Shown here piece after piece: positions 9,872 through 21,778 of a DNA stretch of 64,000 nt. The position numbers and the translations under genes are program-made. Source of the DNA: an uncultured Gemmatimonadaceae bacterium (GTDB taxonomy: Bacteria > Gemmatimonadota > Gemmatimonadetes > Gemmatimonadales > Gemmatimonadaceae); contig CAVXGK010000001.1 of assembly GCA_963761305.1 (NCBI GenBank), positions 960,001-1,024,000 on the forward strand, given 5' to 3'. The notes beneath the pieces are model-generated. The model saw only the letters and a program-made list of their open reading frames with translations, had not been told where the DNA came from and made no database searches. Within the stretch, counting starts at the first letter, position 1; each line of letters begins with the position of its first letter.

Positions 9872-11128
9872 TTGGACATCAAACGCGAACCACCCAAAAA
9901 GACCAAGAAGATTGTCGGAGCAAGCATCGGCCTCGTGGCCATCGTTGCCGTGACTGTCGCGATCAGCCGTCTCAGGCCGGCCGCTCCGCCTGTCGAACGC
10001 GGCACCCTCTGGATCGACTCGGTCAAGCGCGGGTCGATGACGCGCGACGTCAACGCACCGGGCACTCTCGAGCCGGAATACGTTCGCAACGTCACGGCGC
10101 TGACGAGCGGTCGCGTCGAGGAGCTCCCGGTGCAGCCGGGCGTTCCCGTGACGTCGAAGACGTTGCTCGTCGTGCTCGACAATCCAGACGTGCGGCTCCA
10201 ACTGCTCACCGACCAACAGGCCCTCAGCAGCGCGTACTCCGGGCTGGCGACGCTCAAGACGTCGCTGAGTCAGCAGCTCCTCGCGCAGCAAGGCGTGATT
10301 GCGAACATGCAGACGCAGCTCAACGCAGCGATCCGCTTGGCGGCGGTTCAGGACTCGCTCGCCAGCAAGAAGCTCGCGTCGCCCAACGACGTTGCCGCCG
10401 CGCGCGACGGAGCCGACGAGCTGAGGCTGCGCTCGGACATCGAGAAGAAGAAGCTCGAGGAGATGCAGGCGTCGGAGAAGCAGCAGATCGACCTCCAACA
10501 GCAGCAGATCGAAGGACTCAAGGCGATCCTCAAGGATCAACAGGATCGACTCGAGTCGATGCGCGTGACCGCGCCCGAAGCGGGACTGCTGCAGACGCTC
10601 GGCAATCCGCCGCTCGAGCTCGGACAGTACGTGAACGCGGGCACCACGCTCGCGCGCGTCGTGCAGCCCGGCCGACTCAAGGCCGTGCTCCGCGTGCCCG
10701 AAACGCAGGCGGTCGAAATCGTGCCCGGCCTCCCGGCGACGATCGACTTGCACAACAACACCATCGTGAAGGGCCGCGTGACGCGCACCGATCCGTCATC
10801 GGTCGCCGGAACCGTCACCGTCGAAGTGCGGATCGAAGACTCGCTGCCACCCGGCACGCGCTCCGATCTCGCCGTCGACGGAACGATTCAGCTCGAGCGG
10901 TTGAACGACGTCCTCTTCGTCGCTCGGCCGGGCTTCGGCCAGCCGGGCAACTCCGTCGGCATCTTCCGCGTCATCCCGAATTCCGGCGAGGCAGAACGGA
11001 TCACCGTGCAGTTGGGCCGCGCCTCGGTCAACACGATCGAGATCAAGAGCGGCGCAAAGGTCGGCGACAGTTTGATCGTGAACGACATGACGCAGTTCGA
11101 CGCAACGAACCGAGTACGCATCAAGTAG
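9872..11128 (+). CDS. efflux periplasmic adaptor (HlyD/MacA-like membrane fusion protein)
   Basis: MDIKREPPKK + TM; lipoyl/barrel halves (SGRVEELPVQPG, VTAPEAG) flanking a long coiled coil; TTG start inferred. Confidence 0.88.
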   Translation: MDIKREPPKKTKKIVGASIGLVAIVAVTVAISRLRPAAPPVERGTLWIDSVKRGSMTRDVNAPGTLEPEYVRNVTALTSGRVEELPVQPGVPVTSKTLLVVLDNPDVRLQLLTDQQALSSAYSGLATLKTSLSQQLLAQQGVIANMQTQLNAAIRLAAVQDSLASKKLASPNDVAAARDGADELRLRSDIEKKKLEEMQASEKQQIDLQQQQIEGLKAILKDQQDRLESMRVTAPEAGLLQTLGNPPLELGQYVNAGTTLARVVQPGRLKAVLRVPETQAVEIVPGLPATIDLHNNTIVKGRVTRTDPSSVAGTVTVEVRIEDSLPPGTRSDLAVDGTIQLERLNDVLFVARPGFGQPGNSVGIFRVIPNSGEAERITVQLGRASVNTIEIKSGAKVGDSLIVNDMTQFDATNRVRIK

Positions 11129-11182
11129 GCGCGTCCGCGCCGCATAGAGAGTTCCTCCCTCCACCTCACCCGCGAGCATCCC

Positions 11183-11938
<756 letters not shown>

Positions 11939-12022
11939 TCCCGATTCACAATTGCAGTACGCCTCGCGGGGCCGGTCATACCGGTCCCCGCCGAAGGCGC
12001 GCCGGTTAACTTAGGAGTCACT

Positions 12023-12778
12023 ATGGCCTTCTTCACCAAGCCAGCCCCCACGGTCACTCGCGACGCGCCTCAGCCGCCCATCGTCGGGCCGGTCATCGCG
12101 ATGCGCAACGTCGAGAAGGTCTTCGAGACCGCCGCCGGCCGAACGTACGTGCTGCGCCGCATCCAGACCGAGATTCAGCCCGGCGAGTTCGTGTCCATCA
12201 TGGGACCGTCGGGCGCCGGCAAGTCGACGCTGCTCGCGATCCTCGGCATGCTCGACAGTGCGTGGGCGGGCGAGTTCTTCTTCCTCGGCCATCCGGTTCA
12301 CGCCATGAACCACAAGCAGCGCGTGGCGCTCAACAAGGAGCACATCGGGTTCGTCTTTCAGCAGTACCACCTGATCGACGATCTCACCGTGTCCGAAAAC
12401 CTCGACATCCCGCTCTCGTATCGCAACGTGAAGAAGTCGGAGCGGGAAGCGATCGTCGCCGACACGCTCGACCGCTTCGGGATGGTCGGCAAGAAGGATC
12501 TGTATCCGCGGCAGCTTTCTGGTGGGCAACAACAGTTGGTCGGTGTGGCGCGGGCGGTCATCGCCAAGCCTCGCCTCATTCTCGCGGACGAGCCCACGGG
12601 CAACCTGCATTCGAGCCAGGGCCGCGAGATCATGGAATTGTTCACGAAGTTGAATCAGGCGGGCGCGACGATCATCCAGGTGACGCACTCCGAGGAGAAC
12701 GCGAAGTACGGCAACCGGATCATCGAATTGAAAGACGGGTGGATCACCGGGAGCGAAGGGCCCGTCACCCACAGCTGA
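12023..12778 (+). CDS. second ABC transporter ATP-binding protein (LolD/MacB-NBD type)
   Basis: [40 protein letters not shown]. Confidence 0.95.
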   Translation: MAFFTKPAPTVTRDAPQPPIVGPVIAMRNVEKVFETAAGRTYVLRRIQTEIQPGEFVSIMGPSGAGKSTLLAILGMLDSAWAGEFFFLGHPVHAMNHKQRVALNKEHIGFVFQQYHLIDDLTVSENLDIPLSYRNVKKSEREAIVADTLDRFGMVGKKDLYPRQLSGGQQQLVGVARAVIAKPRLILADEPTGNLHSSQGREIMELFTKLNQAGATIIQVTHSEENAKYGNRIIELKDGWITGSEGPVTHS

Positions 12779-12826
12779 GCCGGAGACAGCGCGCCATCCG
12801 GAATCGAGCAACGCTCCGCGCGTCGT

Positions 12827-14142
12827 TCAGAACGTCACGCGCGTTCGAAAACCCAGCAGCCAGATCAGGTCTTGCGCCGGTTTCACCGCCGGATTGAGAA
12901 CGAGTTGAAGGTCCGGCGACAGCGCGAGATTGTCCGTCAGGTGAAAGCGATAGAAAATCTCGTGCGTCTGTTGGTCGCGGAGCGCGCGATTCGAGGGCCG
13001 TGCCACCCGCTGCCGACGCCGAAGAGATCGGACGGATATCGCGGCGGCCGCCAGCCGAAGCCCGCGCTCAGGTTCGCGTCGGTGAAGAAACCGACCGACG
13101 CGCCGCCGCGCAGAAAGACGAGGAAATCGGACCCGACCTTGGTGCTCGCGTTGAACGCGACGCCGTTCGCTTGCGGCGAGCCGGGCTGCTCGTTCGTGAA
13201 CCAGCCGACGATGTGAAAATTTGCCGCATCCATCGGCCCGCGCGCCTGAATCGGAACGCCCTGATGCGCGAGCACCGACCACCCGAGATCAAGATGGAAG
13301 AAATGCTCGCCGGTCTTGAAGAAATCGTCGATCGTGAGACCGGTGTCGTCGCTGTTGGCGGTGTACATGCCGCCCTGCACGTAGTAGCCCTTGCCGGTGA
13401 AGGGAAACCACGCCGCTACCGCGCCGAAGCCGCGCAGCGGAGACGCAATCGTCGGGCTCGTTGAAAACGTCTGATTGAAGAACTGGCGGTTGTCGTCGAA
13501 AAACGGATACGGGTTGACGAAGTTCGGCGCGAACACCTTGCCGATCGCGCACTGAGAACGATTGTCGGCCAGATTCTGCCGCAGGTAGAACTGCGTGACG
13601 CCGAGGTCGAACTGGCCCCACGTCGCCGCCGTGGGCACGATCGATCCCGCCGCCAACCCCGCGCGCAACGGCGGGAGCTCCGTGCCGAGCGGGCGGCGAT
13701 CTTCGACGACCATGTCGAAGTTCAGCGCGTTCGGCTTGCCGCGGTTCCACAGTGCCCAGTTCACGTTCAGCGTGAACTTACCGCCGACCGCATTCGGTTC
13801 GTCGACGGGGCTGGTCGAGTAGTTCTGTCCCAGAGCGCCGTACGACCCTCCGACCGCCAAGCCGACTGAGTCCTCGAAGGCCTGCTTCGCCTTGAACCAT
13901 CCGGCCAGCAGCGAGGGCATGCGAACATGTCCGACCTTGGGCGCCTCGTCCTCGGTCAGGTCGCCCTGGCCGGAGAGCGTCCCGTCGAGAAGATCGACGT
14001 AGTTCGTATCGGGCTTCGGCGCGCGGACGGTCGATTCGGCGAGACGTGGCTCGGGCGTCGTCGGCGCCGCGGGCCCGCCCGCGCACGCCGCCAAACCGAA
14101 ACCCGCCGCGAGCAGTCCGACGTCCCGCGAGAGACGACGCAC
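12827..14142 (-). pseudogene. OprB-like carbohydrate porin, frameshifted near 13003
   Basis: ORF 12937..14142 reads as porin to DLFGVGSGW; the natural end (ARPSNRALRDQQTHEIFYRFHLTDNLALSPDLQL...GFRTRVTF) is in another frame; adding one G in GGGTGG|CACGG restores it. Confidence 0.75.
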
Positions 14143-14148
14143 GGGTTG

Positions 14149-15789
14149 CTAGCCGGACCACGTCGGAAGATCGCCGCCGCGCACGACAAGAAACGGATCG
14201 CGCCAGCGCCCCGGCGTTTTCGACAGCTTGGCGAGTGGCGCCAAACGTCGAGCCTTGCCGTACGGCGTCGGCGCCTCCGCGACCTCGGGGGCGATCATTC
14301 GATGCTCCGGCGCCATCGCGTCGAACTCTGTCGTCGGGAAGAATCCGAGACTCGCGTACCACATCGCGGCGCGAGAGAGGCTCACGCGCACGTGATAGCT
14401 CCCGCCCTCCCGCGCACGTCGTCGCAACGCGACCATCGCGCCGGCGGCACCGAGGTAGCCGGCGATGTAGTCGTTGAGGACGAGCGTCGGCGGAAACGAA
14501 GGCTCATTCGGCAGGCCCGACGGCATCGCGTAGCTCTCGGAAAACGCCGGATGTCCGCCGCCACCTTCGGCCATGGTGAAGCCGGTGACGGTGAGCGCTT
14601 CCATGTCGAAGCCGGCGCGGTGGTGCCAGGGCCCATCTCAACTGAACGCGCGGAGAGAGACGTAGATGATCCCCGGTCGCAGCTTCGCAACCTCTTCCAC
14701 ACCGAACCCGAGCTTCTCGATTGCTCGCCCGCTGAAGCTCTCGATGAAGACGTCTGCCTTGGGAACGAGCGCCGCAAGCGCAGTCGTGTCATCCGACTTC
14801 GTGAGGTCGAGGAACGTCGAGCGCATTCCGACGCTGGTGTCGGCCCACGGGATCGGATGCTCGAAAGACTGATCGCGCGCGACATGCAGGATGGTCGCAT
14901 CGTGCTCGGCGAGTGCACGCGCCACAACCGAACCGGCGATGACATGCGTCAACGCGAATGCATTCACGCCCGAGAGCGGAGCACGTGGGCTCGGCGCGTA
15001 TGGAATCGGCGGCGCGTCGCCGATCTTGACGATCTCGATCACCGGAGTGGCGGCTAGATGCCGGCCCTCGGGTTCCTGCAGCCATTCCTGCGCCGTGCGA
15101 TGAATGCCAGCGACCACTCGCTGCGCGGCCATTGCGCTCTCGAGCTCAGCGGCGTTCCACTTCTTGATGGCTTGCGCGATCGCGTCGCGCTTCGGCGGAA
15201 TGCCGAGAAGCTCGAGCGCTCGATCGTTGAGATGCGGATACGCGGCTGAGATCGTGACGTATCGCCCATCCTTCGTCTCGAAGATCGCAAAGGAGAACGG
15301 ATTGCCGAGTCCCCACGGCGCTTGATACCAGCGGCCGTTGATGCCCGGCACGAACGTGAAGCTCGCGGGGATGGGATCGTCGCGCGGAATGAGACCCGCC
15401 ATCTGCTTCTGCTTCAGCACGAGCGCGATGATCGGATTCACGTTGTACACGGCTTCCCGAAGGTCGACGTGAACGTTCTGCCCCTGTCCGGTTCGGTCCT
15501 TCCAAATCGACGCCGCGCCAACACCGACTGCGGCGGCCGGAATCGCCATGCTCGTTGCGATTCGGAAATGGCTCCGGAGGATTGGATCGCGTCCCGTGAA
15601 CGTGACGCTCCCTCCTCCGTCCGAAGGCGAGCAACCGAGGTCGTGCATGAACGATGCGAACTGTGAATCGATGTCGCCGTCCGGCGACCCGGCCCCGGCA
15701 ACTAGACCGCGTGTCGCCTCGCGCGAAACCGCCGCTCCGATCGCCGCGCTACTCGCGATCGCGAGGAACTCCCGTCGATCGATGGTCAT
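14149..15789 (-). pseudogene. family III CoA-transferase (CaiB/BaiF-like) interrupted by an in-frame TGA at 14638-14640
   Basis: FETKDGRYV, LTHVIAG, ADVFIESF, PGIIYVSLRAFS*DGPWHHRAGFD, LNDYIAGYL, REGGSYHVRVSL; both ORF halves are in the same frame; GGAGG RBS before ATG 15789. Confidence 0.8.
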
Positions 15790-15949
15790 CGCTGACCTCC
15801 GCTGAGTTCGCGCAGCTCGCTTCGCTGATCCTGCCAACGAAAAGCCGAGTCCATTCGACCCGTGACGCTACGCCGGCGCAGAGTCGGCAGGGATTGGGCG
15901 AAGGCCGTATCGGTGCGCTAAACTTTTTTTCACGCCAGGCGATCTCGAG

Positions 15950-17719
15950 TCACGACGCCGCGCGAACGTCCACCCGCTCGGGCACGCCGAGACCGATGCG
16001 ACCCGAGGAATCAGCACCCACTGTGTGGACGTAGAAATACGTCGCGCCATCCTCCGATGACGGCATCACCGCCGAAGGCGCGGAGAGAATCAGCACGTCG
16101 CCGCACTGGCCCATCCAATCGATGTGGCGATGACCGTGCATGACCACGGCGCGAGTGCCGACCCGCTGCAAGCGACGCGCGAACCAGTTCCCGTTGATCA
16201 GCGTCGTCCCGATGCGCTCGGCGATCGAATGGCCGAGCTTGGGATGCTCGACGATGTGATGGTGCAAGGCGACGATCCAGCACGCGCGCGGGAACGCGCG
16301 CATCGCGACGTCGAGCGCGTGAGCTTCTTCGGCCGCCACGAGCCCGAGCGCGTTCGTGAACGAGAAATGGGTCTCGGCGTTGGAATTCAGCACGATGACG
16401 CCGAGCCCGTCGTCGCGTGCAGGCGGCCGCACCATCGGAAACGCGGCGGACCACGCCTCGCCGCTCACCTTGCCGAGCCGGCGGGAACCGCTGTCCGCGA
16501 AACCCGCGATGTCCTCTGCCTGTGGTGCGAGCGCACGGTCGAGCGACTCGCCCATGCGGCCTTCTTTCTCGTCGACGACACGAACTCGCGTTCCCTGTAG
16601 CGCCGCCAGCGCCGACAGCGTGCGCACCTCGCGGAGACGCTTCTTCGGACTCGTCGGCAGATCGAGACGCGCCGGATTCGCGCGATCGATGATGTTCACG
16701 TCGTGATTCCCCGGCAGCGCGACGACGAGTGGTTCCAGACGCGGAAAACCGGCGAACACGTCGAGCAGCTCGCTCCACTCGGCGGACGTGCCGGCGTCGG
16801 TGAGGTCTCCGGTGATGACGACGGCGTCGAGCGGGTCGCGGCGATGGATCGCGTCGAGTCGTTCGAGCGCGACGATGAGCGCGTCGTTGCCGCGCGTCCC
16901 GGCGCGTCCGCTGCCGAGTCGAAACCCGTAGCGTTCGCCGACGACGTGAATGTCCGAGAGATGCGCGACGCGCCACGAACGCACGAAGTCGCCGGGCGGA
17001 TGAAAGGCGACGAGCTCTCGCGGCTGGGGCATCGTCGCGTCGGCCATTCCCCACACCAGCGCGGCGATCGCGAGATACGCCGTCGCGACCGCCGTCGCGT
17101 TCGCGAGCGCGGTGAGGAAAAGCCAATGCGGCGTTCGAAAATCGGAAAGCGAGCCGACCCAGTGCGTCGCCGGCCAGACCAGACGCAGCACGACCAGCGC
17201 GAGCGCACAGATGATCACGCCGGAGACCGCCGACGCCGCGGCGCGTCCGCGCATGCGCGTCGTCTCGCTCGCGGCGGCACCCGTCAGACGACTCGACAAA
17301 TGGAGGAGGAGCTCACGCCACGCCACGTAGCCGGGCTGTATCGCCATCGCGTTCAGCGACCAGAAGCTGCGCTCGACGACGCGGAACAGCGATCGGCCGC
17401 CGAACCAGGCCAGCGCGAGGAGCGCGACGAGGAAGAGCAACGCGCCCGCTCCGGTCGCTCCCGGCGTCGTCGCGAGCTTGCGGGCCCAGATCGTCGCGAT
17501 GATCGGCGCGAGGCCCAGCAGCACAGCCGGCACGACGATCAACATCACCAGCGCGACGGCCATCTTCGGAAGGCTGACTTCGGCGAGCAGATTGCCCGCG
17601 ATCGCGAGGAGCGAGCGCCGCTCCGGGCTCGACTCGTCGGTCTCGACATCGCCGCCGCGCGGGTCGACGAGCGGGGGCCGGCGACGGTCGAGTGTTCTCA
17701 CGCGCGCCGCGCTCGACAT
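15950..17719 (-). CDS. membrane-anchored calcineurin-like metallophosphoesterase
   Basis: About four N-terminal TM segments, then SDIH, GDLTD, PGNHD, LHHH, HGHRH; start uncertain. Confidence 0.85.
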   Translation of the reverse strand: MSSAARVRTLDRRRPPLVDPRGGDVETDESSPERRSLLAIAGNLLAEVSLPKMAVALVMLIVVPAVLLGLAPIIATIWARKLATTPGATGAGALLFLVALLALAWFGGRSLFRVVERSFWSLNAMAIQPGYVAWRELLLHLSSRLTGAAASETTRMRGRAAASAVSGVIICALALVVLRLVWPATHWVGSLSDFRTPHWLFLTALANATAVATAYLAIAALVWGMADATMPQPRELVAFHPPGDFVRSWRVAHLSDIHVVGERYGFRLGSGRAGTRGNDALIVALERLDAIHRRDPLDAVVITGDLTDAGTSAEWSELLDVFAGFPRLEPLVVALPGNHDVNIIDRANPARLDLPTSPKKRLREVRTLSALAALQGTRVRVVDEKEGRMGESLDRALAPQAEDIAGFADSGSRRLGKVSGEAWSAAFPMVRPPARDDGLGVIVLNSNAETHFSFTNALGLVAAEEAHALDVAMRAFPRACWIVALHHHIVEHPKLGHSIAERIGTTLINGNWFARRLQRVGTRAVVMHGHRHIDWMGQCGDVLILSAPSAVMPSSEDGATYFYVHTVGADSSGRIGLGVPERVDVRAAS

Positions 17720-17819
17720 GCGCACGAGGGGTCGCAAGATATGTGCGTCCTGTGCGCTCGTTCGGCCTTGTCGCGGCGACGCCTCCAATAGTAGGGTTTC
17801 TCCTCGACTATTTTCCGCC

Positions 17820-19208
17820 ATGCGAGCGGAATCAGCCGTCCCGGTCCCCTCCCCGCAGATTCTCGTCGCCGACGATCAGGCGGACGTGCTCGAAGCGTTG
17901 CGCCTGTTGCTCAAGGGGCACGGCTACGACGTTCACACCGTCAACTCGCCGAGCGCCGCGCTCGCCGCACTCGAGCGCCGCGACTTCGACGCGATGCTGC
18001 TCGACATGAACTACGCGCGCGATACGACGTCGGGCAAAGAAGGGCTCGACCTGCTCGCCTCGCTCCAGACGCTCGAGCCCAACATGCCGGTCGTCGTCAT
18101 GACCGCGTGGGGGAGCATCGACAACGCGGTCGAAGCGATGCGCCGCGGCGCGCGCGACTACGTCGAGAAGCCGTGGGACAACGCCCGACTCGTCTCGATG
18201 CTCGGCGTGCAGGTGGAGCTCGGCCGCGCGCTGCGGCGGGCGCAGCGGCTCGAGTCGGAGAATCGCCTGCTGCGGCGCGACCATCTGCCGCAGATGATCG
18301 CCGAATCGCCGAAGATGAAGCCGATCGTGCAGCTCATGGAGCGCATCGGTCCGTCGGATGCGAACGTGCTGATCACGGGCGAACACGGCACGGGCAAGGA
18401 GCTCGTGGCGCAGTGGCTGCACGCGGCATCGGCCCGCGCCGCGCGGTCGTTCATCGCCGTGAACCTGGGCGGGCTGTCGGAGGGCGTATTCGAGAGCGAA
18501 CTGTTCGGCCACGTGCGCGGCGCGTTCACCGACGCGAAGACCGACCGCGTCGGCCGGTTCGAGCTGGCCGACGGCGGCACGATCTTCCTCGACGAGATCG
18601 GCACCGTGCCGCTCGGGCTTCAGTCGAAGTTGCTCCGCATGCTGCAGACGGGCGACGTCGAGCGCGTCGGGTCCTCGAAGGCGCGGCACGTCGACGCGCG
18701 TGTCATCTCGGCGACGAACGCGAACCTCCAGCAGGAGGTCGCTGAAGGGCGGTTCCGCGAAGACCTGCTGTTCCGGCTCAACACGATCGAGGTCAGCCTG
18801 CCGCCGCTGCGCGACCGCCGTGAGGACATTCCGGCGCTGGCCGCGCACTTCCTCCGCCGCCACGCGACGCGGTATCACAAGGCGCTTGGCGGATTCGACG
18901 CGGGCGGCATGCAGGCGCTCCTCTCGCACGGGTGGCCCGGCAACATCCGCGAGCTGGACCACGCGGTGGAGCGCGCCGTGCTCATGGCGCCAGGCGACCA
19001 GGTGCGCGCGTCGGACCTCGGCCTGCGCCCCGCGGGCGGGGGCGGGGGGCCGGCGCCGCGGCTGGACGAGCTGCCGCTCGAAGACGTCGAGAAAATGCTC
19101 ATTCAGAAAGCGCTATCGCGATACGACGGCAACGTCAGTCGCGCCGCCCAAGCCCTCGGCCTGTCGCGGAGCGCGCTCTACCGGCGCATCGCGTCGCATG
19201 GCCTCTAG
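17820..19208 (+). CDS. sigma54-dependent NtrC-family response regulator (REC-AAA-Fis HTH)
   Basis: VADD, LLDMN, GEHGTGKE, ESELFGH, GAFTDA, FLDEI, FREDL, WPGNIREL, AAQALGLSRSALYRR. Confidence 0.96.
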   Translation: MRAESAVPVPSPQILVADDQADVLEALRLLLKGHGYDVHTVNSPSAALAALERRDFDAMLLDMNYARDTTSGKEGLDLLASLQTLEPNMPVVVMTAWGSIDNAVEAMRRGARDYVEKPWDNARLVSMLGVQVELGRALRRAQRLESENRLLRRDHLPQMIAESPKMKPIVQLMERIGPSDANVLITGEHGTGKELVAQWLHAASARAARSFIAVNLGGLSEGVFESELFGHVRGAFTDAKTDRVGRFELADGGTIFLDEIGTVPLGLQSKLLRMLQTGDVERVGSSKARHVDARVISATNANLQQEVAEGRFREDLLFRLNTIEVSLPPLRDRREDIPALAAHFLRRHATRYHKALGGFDAGGMQALLSHGWPGNIRELDHAVERAVLMAPGDQVRASDLGLRPAGGGGGPAPRLDELPLEDVEKMLIQKALSRYDGNVSRAAQALGLSRSALYRRIASHGL

Positions 19209-20598
19209 GCGCCGCACGCCGCCGGCGGGGAGCACCACGCCAGCCACGCGGCCGTCGTCCGACCAGCCGCCCCGCGAGCCGCATCACGAGCGCCTGATCT
19301 TCCGCCTCGCGCTCCTCGCCGGCTTTCCGGGCGTGGCGGTCTCGATGGTCCTGTTGTGGCGCGGCGAGTTCAGCCCGAGCGTGCGCTGGACCCTCGGCCT
19401 CGTCGTCGTCGGCACGTGGCTCGCCTTGGCGGTCGTGTTGCGCGAGCGAGTCGTGCGGCCGCTGCAAACGCTCTCCAACATGCTGGCCGCGCTGCGCGAG
19501 GGCGACTACTCGATCCGTGCCCGCGGCGCCGACCGCGACGACGCGTTGGGCCTGGCGTTCATGGAATCGAACCTCCTCGGCGAGACGCTGCGCGCGCAGC
19601 GGCTCGGCGCGATGGAGGCGACGGCGCTGCTGCGCACCGTCATGGCGGAGATCGACGTCGCCGTGTTCGCGTTCGACGACGCCGAGCGCTTGCGTCTCGT
19701 GAATCGCGCCGGCGAGCGGCTGCTCGCGCAACCGGCCGAGCGGTTGCTGGGGCGGACCTCGGAGCAGGTCGTACTCATCGACGTGCTCGAAGGAGCGTCG
19801 CCGCGCACGATGGACGTCACGTTCGCCGGCGGATCGGGGCGATGGGAAGTGCGGCGCGGATCGTTCCGACAGGACGGGCGACCACACACGCTGCTCGTGC
19901 TCTCCGACGTGAGCCGCACCCTGCGCGAAGAAGAGCTGCAAGCGTGGCAGCGCATCGTTCGCGTGCTGAGCCACGAGATCAACAACTCCCTCGCGCCGAT
20001 CCGCTCGATCACGGACACGCTGCTGTCGCTCCTCGACCGGCCGACGCGCACCGAAGACGCCGACGAAGATCTGCGGCGTGGACTCACCGTCATCGGCGGG
20101 CGCTCCGAAGGGCTCGTGCGATTCATGTCGGCGTACGCGCGTCTCGCCAAGCTTCCGGCGCCGAACAAGGCGCCGCTCGACGTCGGCGCATGGATCCGGC
20201 GAGTCGCGTCGCTCGAGACGCGGGTGCCGATCCGAGTCGTCGCCGGACCCGCCGCCACGCTCGAGGCGGACGGAGACCAGCTCGACCAGCTCCTGATCAA
20301 TCTCGTTCGCAACGCGGCCGACGCCTCGCTCGAGACCCATGGCGACGTGCGGATCCGCTGGTCGCGTCGCAACGGCACCCTCTCGCTGATGGTCGAGGAT
20401 GAAGGTCCGGGGCTGGCCAGCGCCTCAAACCTGTTCGTTCCGTTCTTTACGACCAAGCCGCAGGGTTCGGGCATTGGCCTGGTGCTGTCGCGGCAGATCG
20501 CCGAGGCGCATGGCGGGTCGCTCTCGTTGGCGAACCGGACCGACCGGCGCGGATGCATCGCGACGGTGCGGTTCGAGCTCGGTCCGCCAGCCGTCTGA
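19198..20598 (+). CDS. sensor histidine kinase (2TM-HAMP-PAS-HisKA-HATPase)
   Basis: LSHEINNSL H-box, NLVRNA, DEGPG, FVPFFTTK, GSGIGL; overlaps the regulator stop. Confidence 0.95.
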   Translation: MASRRRTPPAGSTTPATRPSSDQPPREPHHERLIFRLALLAGFPGVAVSMVLLWRGEFSPSVRWTLGLVVVGTWLALAVVLRERVVRPLQTLSNMLAALREGDYSIRARGADRDDALGLAFMESNLLGETLRAQRLGAMEATALLRTVMAEIDVAVFAFDDAERLRLVNRAGERLLAQPAERLLGRTSEQVVLIDVLEGASPRTMDVTFAGGSGRWEVRRGSFRQDGRPHTLLVLSDVSRTLREEELQAWQRIVRVLSHEINNSLAPIRSITDTLLSLLDRPTRTEDADEDLRRGLTVIGGRSEGLVRFMSAYARLAKLPAPNKAPLDVGAWIRRVASLETRVPIRVVAGPAATLEADGDQLDQLLINLVRNAADASLETHGDVRIRWSRRNGTLSLMVEDEGPGLASASNLFVPFFTTKPQGSGIGLVLSRQIAEAHGGSLSLANRTDRRGCIATVRFELGPPAV

Positions 20599-20644
20599 CG
20601 AACCCAAGCGGTCCCGCGAGCGATTCGCCATTGGCCTTTCGGCA

Positions 20645-20660
20645 CGGCATGACCTATGCT
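20645..20660 (+). promoter_or_regulatory. sigma54 -24/-12 promoter candidate for barrel gene 1
   Basis: CGG-CATGACCTAT-GCT (GG-N10-GC). Confidence 0.6.
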
Positions 20661-20670
20661 TGAGTACGTT

Positions 20671-20773
20671 GTCGTGCCGCGACGGAGAACCGTCGATCGG
20701 AGCGACGCGAGAGCGACGTTCCGCCCAGCTATCGTCCGCGGGGGCCTGTGAGGACGGATCAGGGGAGCGAGCC
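20671..20773 (+). ncRNA. candidate structured 5' leader, copy 1
   Basis: Three stems shared with the leaders at ~21805-21922 and ~22997-23118. Confidence 0.5.
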
Positions 20774-21628
20774 ATGGATCGACGACAGATCACCACATTG
20801 TTGGCCGCCGCCGCGGCGCTGAGCGCGCTCGGGACGACCATCCTAGCCGCGCAGGACACAACGAGAACCGGTCCGCGATCGACACGGACAATCCCAATAA
20901 GGAAGGAGGCGGCGGGCGAGATCGCGAAGCCGATTCACGACACCGTGACGGTGTACCGCACGGACACACTTCGCCTCACGACGCCACCCGTCACGGTTCA
21001 CGACACGGTGACGCGAACCAACACGGTTACGGTCACTCACACGGACACCGTCACACTCACGCCCGTCGCGCCGCCGGTTCGGCTGCCGAACGGTATGTAC
21101 ATGGGCCTGAGCGCCGGCCTGAGCGCGCCGAACGGCGCGTTGTTCAACCCGAACAACACCGGGCCGAGCGCGCAGTTTCAGCTCGGTTGGCAGGACGCGC
21201 TGAAGGTGTTGGGCCTGCGTGGCGACGTGAACTGGACCTCGCCGGGCCAGGATGCCGGCTTCGTTCATTTCCCCAGCTCGCCCCACGGACAGATCTTCAA
21301 CTTCAGCCTGGACGCCAAGGCGCAGCTCCCGTATCTGCACCACACGTTCGGCGCGAGCCACCTGTTCTCGCTGTACGCGATCGGCGGCTACACACACACG
21401 ATGTTCAAGAACGTCGGCCTGCGCGTCGATTCACCGCCGGGTACGCTGCTCTTCGCGCCCGCCAATGATTCGTGGTCGAATCAGAACGGTTGGAACGCCG
21501 GCGGCGGCGCGTCGCTGATGTGGGGCCGGACGGAACTGTTCGCCGAGTCTCGCGTGCTCGCGTTCACGCCGGATAACGCGCCGATGGCTCGGCAGATGCC
21601 CTTCATGCTCGGGCTGAACTGGTACTAA
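20774..21628 (+). CDS. outer-membrane beta-barrel protein, paralog 1
   Basis: Signal peptide (LAA-QDT), DTV-rich N-terminal segment, alternating beta-strand pattern, GWNAGGG, C-terminal aromatic NWY. Confidence 0.8.
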   Translation: MDRRQITTLLAAAAALSALGTTILAAQDTTRTGPRSTRTIPIRKEAAGEIAKPIHDTVTVYRTDTLRLTTPPVTVHDTVTRTNTVTVTHTDTVTLTPVAPPVRLPNGMYMGLSAGLSAPNGALFNPNNTGPSAQFQLGWQDALKVLGLRGDVNWTSPGQDAGFVHFPSSPHGQIFNFSLDAKAQLPYLHHTFGASHLFSLYAIGGYTHTMFKNVGLRVDSPPGTLLFAPANDSWSNQNGWNAGGGASLMWGRTELFAESRVLAFTPDNAPMARQMPFMLGLNWY

Positions 21629-21680
21629 CCGCCGAATCGATTCGGGACGACGAGACCGTCGTCCCGCCGCGCGGACGAGA

Positions 21681-21720
21681 GGACAGCGACCAGTTCGTTC
21701 GGGTCGCTGTCCTTTTTTTT
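21681..21720 (+). terminator. rho-independent terminator
   Basis: GGACAGCGACC/GGTCGCTGTCC 11-bp stem followed by T8. Confidence 0.9.
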
Positions 21721-21778
21721 GTCGACATGCTTCCGTCTGCTCGAGGCGATTTCGAGAACCTTTACGATTCGGGTATCT

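Noticed and set aside
18515..18540. GAFTDA instead of GAFTGA as a sign of a dead activator
   Set aside because: A naturally occurring variant in this subfamily; the other AAA motifs are intact
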